Shown in pieces: positions 61,191 to 64,000 of a DNA stretch of 64,000 nt (its first letter is position 1; each line of letters opens with the position of its first letter). The stretch spans positions 32,001 through 96,000 of the forward strand of contig CBDHDF010000004.1 in the NCBI GenBank assembly GCA_965261545.1, in the 5' to 3' direction. The stretch is from Bdellovibrionales bacterium (GTDB lineage Bacteria; Bdellovibrionota; Bdellovibrionia; Bdellovibrionales; UBA1609). The position numbers and the translations under genes are program-made. The notes beneath the pieces are model-generated. The model saw only the letters and a list, made by a program, of their open reading frames with translations, did no database searches and was not told where the DNA came from.

Positions 61191-62825
61191 TATAATGATG
61201 CCTATGGCTTCGGGTTTGGATTCAAGTATGGTTTCGGGCCTAGGTTTGGGTTTAATTTTTGGCTTTGCCTTGGGTTTTGTTTTACGACTGGCTTTGGGGT
61301 GGGCTCTGCGTTTGGTCTTGATCTTAGCTTTGATTTTGGGCTTGACTTTTATTTTCTTTTTTGATGGTTCTTCATTTTCACAGGCATTTTCTGGAACTGC
61401 AAATGCCGAAAATAATGTTAAGAAATATCAAACCAAATATCTTTCTTTGTATATAGGCGTTCCCCACGATGTCAAGGTGCCTTTGATGACCAATGCCATC
61501 AAAGCGACCGGAACTTTTAGACCTTTCACAAAAGCAAAAATAAACAAGAGCAATAAAACCCTTCGCTTTGAACCAAAAAAAGAAGGGGTGGCCACCCTTA
61601 TTTTGCAGAATCCCAATACGGAGACGATTCTCTATGAATTTCGCATTGACGTTAAGAAGACAAATTTGAGCAAAGTGGCCCGGGAAGTGCGCTCCCTGCT
61701 TGGAGACATCAGTGGAATTGAGATTAAGATTATCAACAACAAAGTGATTGTTGATGGGGAAATTCTTATACCAAGGGATATGATTCGCATTCACAGTGTG
61801 GTGAAACAGTATGGAGACTTGTCCAACTCGTTTGTGGTTTTAAGTCTTGTGGCTGAAAAAAAGATTGCTCAGTTTATAGAAAGGGATATTGATAATCCCG
61901 AGGTTCAAGTGCGAGTGATCAATAAGAAGTTCATTCTTGAGGGCTTCGTGAACGATGCTAAAGAGAAAGACAGGGCCTATATCATCGCACAATCCTATAT
62001 TAATGATATTATTGTGGATGAGGCTGTTGCTGACAAAAAAGTTCTTACAGCGAATTCTAAGCTGGTTATCAATCTCCTCAAGATAAAGCCCGCCCCTAAA
62101 AAGCCACCTAAAAAGATGGTGCAACTTGTTTTTCACTACGTGGAACTTAGCAAAAACTACACCAAGGGGTTTCGTTTTCAATGGACTCCTGACCTAGGGG
62201 ATGGATCACAAATTAATTTTACTTCAGGGGGGAGGGGCCTGCGGGCTTGTTGACCACTCTCACGGGAACCATCAGCAATCTTCTTCCCAAACTCAACTGG
62301 GCCAAAGAACACGGCCATGCAAGGGTTCTCAAAAGCACGAGCATTATGGTTCAAGATGGGGAAACAGGAGTTCTCAACTCAACATCTAGAATTCCCTATC
62401 AAGTGGTGAGTGGGCAGGGAGTTCCCTCCACAGCTTTTGAAGAAACGGGTTTAAAGACCAATGTGACTCCGACAATTTTGGGTTCCAATTCCAATAGCAT
62501 TCGCATGTCGGCTTCTTTTTCTTCCAAGGCCCTTGTGGACTATACGAGCCAAGGCCCTCTGACAAGTAGCAAGGATTTCAAAACAACCATTGTTATCAAA
62601 AGTGGGCAAAGTGCTGCGGTGGCTGGTCTTATCACCAGTGAATCGGGAACGGGTTACAATCGTCTTCCGAAAAATGCGAGTCGGAATCCTCTTTTTTCCC
62701 TCTATGCCTCCAAGGATTTTCGTCGCTCCCAGAGTCAGTTTGTGGTTTTTATTACCCCTATTATCAGAAGTTCCTCTAGCTCTGGTGTGGAAAAAATCAA
62801 GAGGAGGTTTCGCATCAAGAATTAG
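61177..62825 (+). pseudogene. CpaC/RcpA-like secretin with BON-like domains, split by a 1-bp frameshift at about 62225-62240
   Basis: N-part ends MVQLVFHYVEL...; C-part has GHARVL, FEETGLKTNVTP, SGQSAAVAGL, FRRSQSQFVVFITP. The span is one base short of a whole number of codons. Confidence 0.8.
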
Positions 62826-62871
62826 CCTATTCGCCCATTGTAAGTGAATTTAAAGGGATGAATTTAAAGGG

Positions 62872-64000
62872 TTAAAACATTTTTGCAAATTCGACAAAGG
62901 TTCTTACAAGACAACCCGTGGCTCCCTTTTTGGGGTGGTAGTTACAGCGGTTGTTCATATTCCATGCTGTTCCTGCAATGTCGAAGTGGGCCCATGGAAT
63001 ATCTTCATCCACAAATTGTTCAAGAAAGGCGGCGGCGGTGCCGCTTCCGGCGCCTGTTGTGGAAGATATATTGGCAAGGTCGGCATGGATCCCTCGAATA
63101 TCTTTCACATAATTGTCACAGATAGGCATGGGCCAGATATTTTCCCCTGTTTTCTCGGCGGCTTTTTTTATTTTCTCTAGAAGAGCTGAATTTCTTGTAA
63201 AAACACCTGTGTAGGAATTGCCAAGGGAGACGATAATAGCTCCTGTTAGGGTGGCTGCGTCCACAATGACTGCTGGTTTTTTTTCTGAGGCATAGGAAAG
63301 GGCGTCCATAAGAATCAGTCGACCCTCAGCATCTGTGTTGAAAACTTCCACTGTTTTACCATTTCTCGCCGTGAGAATATCTCCAGGTTTATTGGCCATG
63401 GGTCCTGGCATATTTTCGCTGGCAGGAATATAGGCCACGGCATTCACTTTGAGTTGGAGTCTTGAAATGGCCAACATGGCTCCAATGACATTGGCTCCTC
63501 CGCACATGTCGTACTTCATTTCATCCATTTTAGGTGGAGGTTTCAGGCTGATTCCTCCAGAGTCAAAGGTTAAGCCCTTGCCCACAAAACAGACAGGTTT
63601 TTTTGATGGGCTGGCCCCCTTGTATTCCATGGTGATAAATCGAGGTTCGACATCGCTTCCTAGAGAAACCCCGTAGAGTCCTCCCATTCTTTCTTTTTTA
63701 ATTCGAGCTTTATCCCACATGGTCACTTTAAGTTTTTCTGTGTTTCGAGCTTCTTCTTGAACTCTCTTGGCTAAAATTTCAGGAGTCATTAAATTGCCAG
63801 GGGTATCGCCAAGGGCTCTTGCGATATTGACGGCTTCACTAATGATCTTGGCGTTCTCAATGGACTTTTTGAGAGCCGTCGCAGTTTCATTGGTTTGGCT
63901 GATCAATGTCCAAGACATGGGGCCTTTGGGATCTGTGGATCCGGGTTTGGATCTGGACCCTTGAGGGGCCTTCGAACTTTTGGATGGGGAAGAGCCTTTG
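62872..64000 (-). CDS. pepA: Leucyl aminopeptidase M17 (5'-partial, runs off the window end)
   Basis: VGKGLTFDSGGISLK, MKYDMCG, NTDAEGRL, ATLTGA, HFDIAGT. Confidence 0.96.
   Translation of the reverse strand, partial: KGSSPSKSSKAPQGSRSKPGSTDPKGPMSWTLISQTNETATALKKSIENAKIISEAVNIARALGDTPGNLMTPEILAKRVQEEARNTEKLKVTMWDKARIKKERMGGLYGVSLGSDVEPRFITMEYKGASPSKKPVCFVGKGLTFDSGGISLKPPPKMDEMKYDMCGGANVIGAMLAISRLQLKVNAVAYIPASENMPGPMANKPGDILTARNGKTVEVFNTDAEGRLILMDALSYASEKKPAVIVDAATLTGAIIVSLGNSYTGVFTRNSALLEKIKKAAEKTGENIWPMPICDNYVKDIRGIHADLANISSTTGAGSGTAAAFLEQFVDEDIPWAHFDIAGTAWNMNNRCNYHPKKGATGCLVRTFVEFAKMF

Overview
Origin-proximal chromosomal region (dnaN-recF-gyrB-gyrA) of an AT-rich bacterium. The gene set (nuoA-H-J-K-L-M-N block, lon, divergent Flp/Tad pilus locus) suggests a Bdellovibrionota-like organism; that assignment is inference. 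The main discovery is a complete diversity-generating retroelement (DGR) at about 23.1-28.7 kb, arranged target(VR)-HRDC-avd-RT-TR. The 125-bp TR (28446-28570) and VR (26257-26381) differ at 14 positions, and every one is a TR adenine. The target is a roughly 609-aa predicted lipoprotein with a C-terminal FGE-sulfatase/CLec-type domain. It is split by a 1411-bp IS4-family element with a 10-bp target duplication, and removing the element restores one reading frame. Two nested IS stacks are present. In the first, an IS21 element sits inside an ISNCY-like element just upstream of the DGR target. In the second, an IS21 element and a second IS1634-like element sit inside an IS1634-family element flanked by a 309-bp direct repeat that leaves both overlapping convergent genes intact. 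Also present: a histone-H1-like protein with 9x13-aa repeats and an acidic tail, two tRNAs, a TonB-dependent receptor, a frameshifted Tad secretin, and many short tandem duplications. All calls come from reading the sequence and recognising motifs; no database searches were run.
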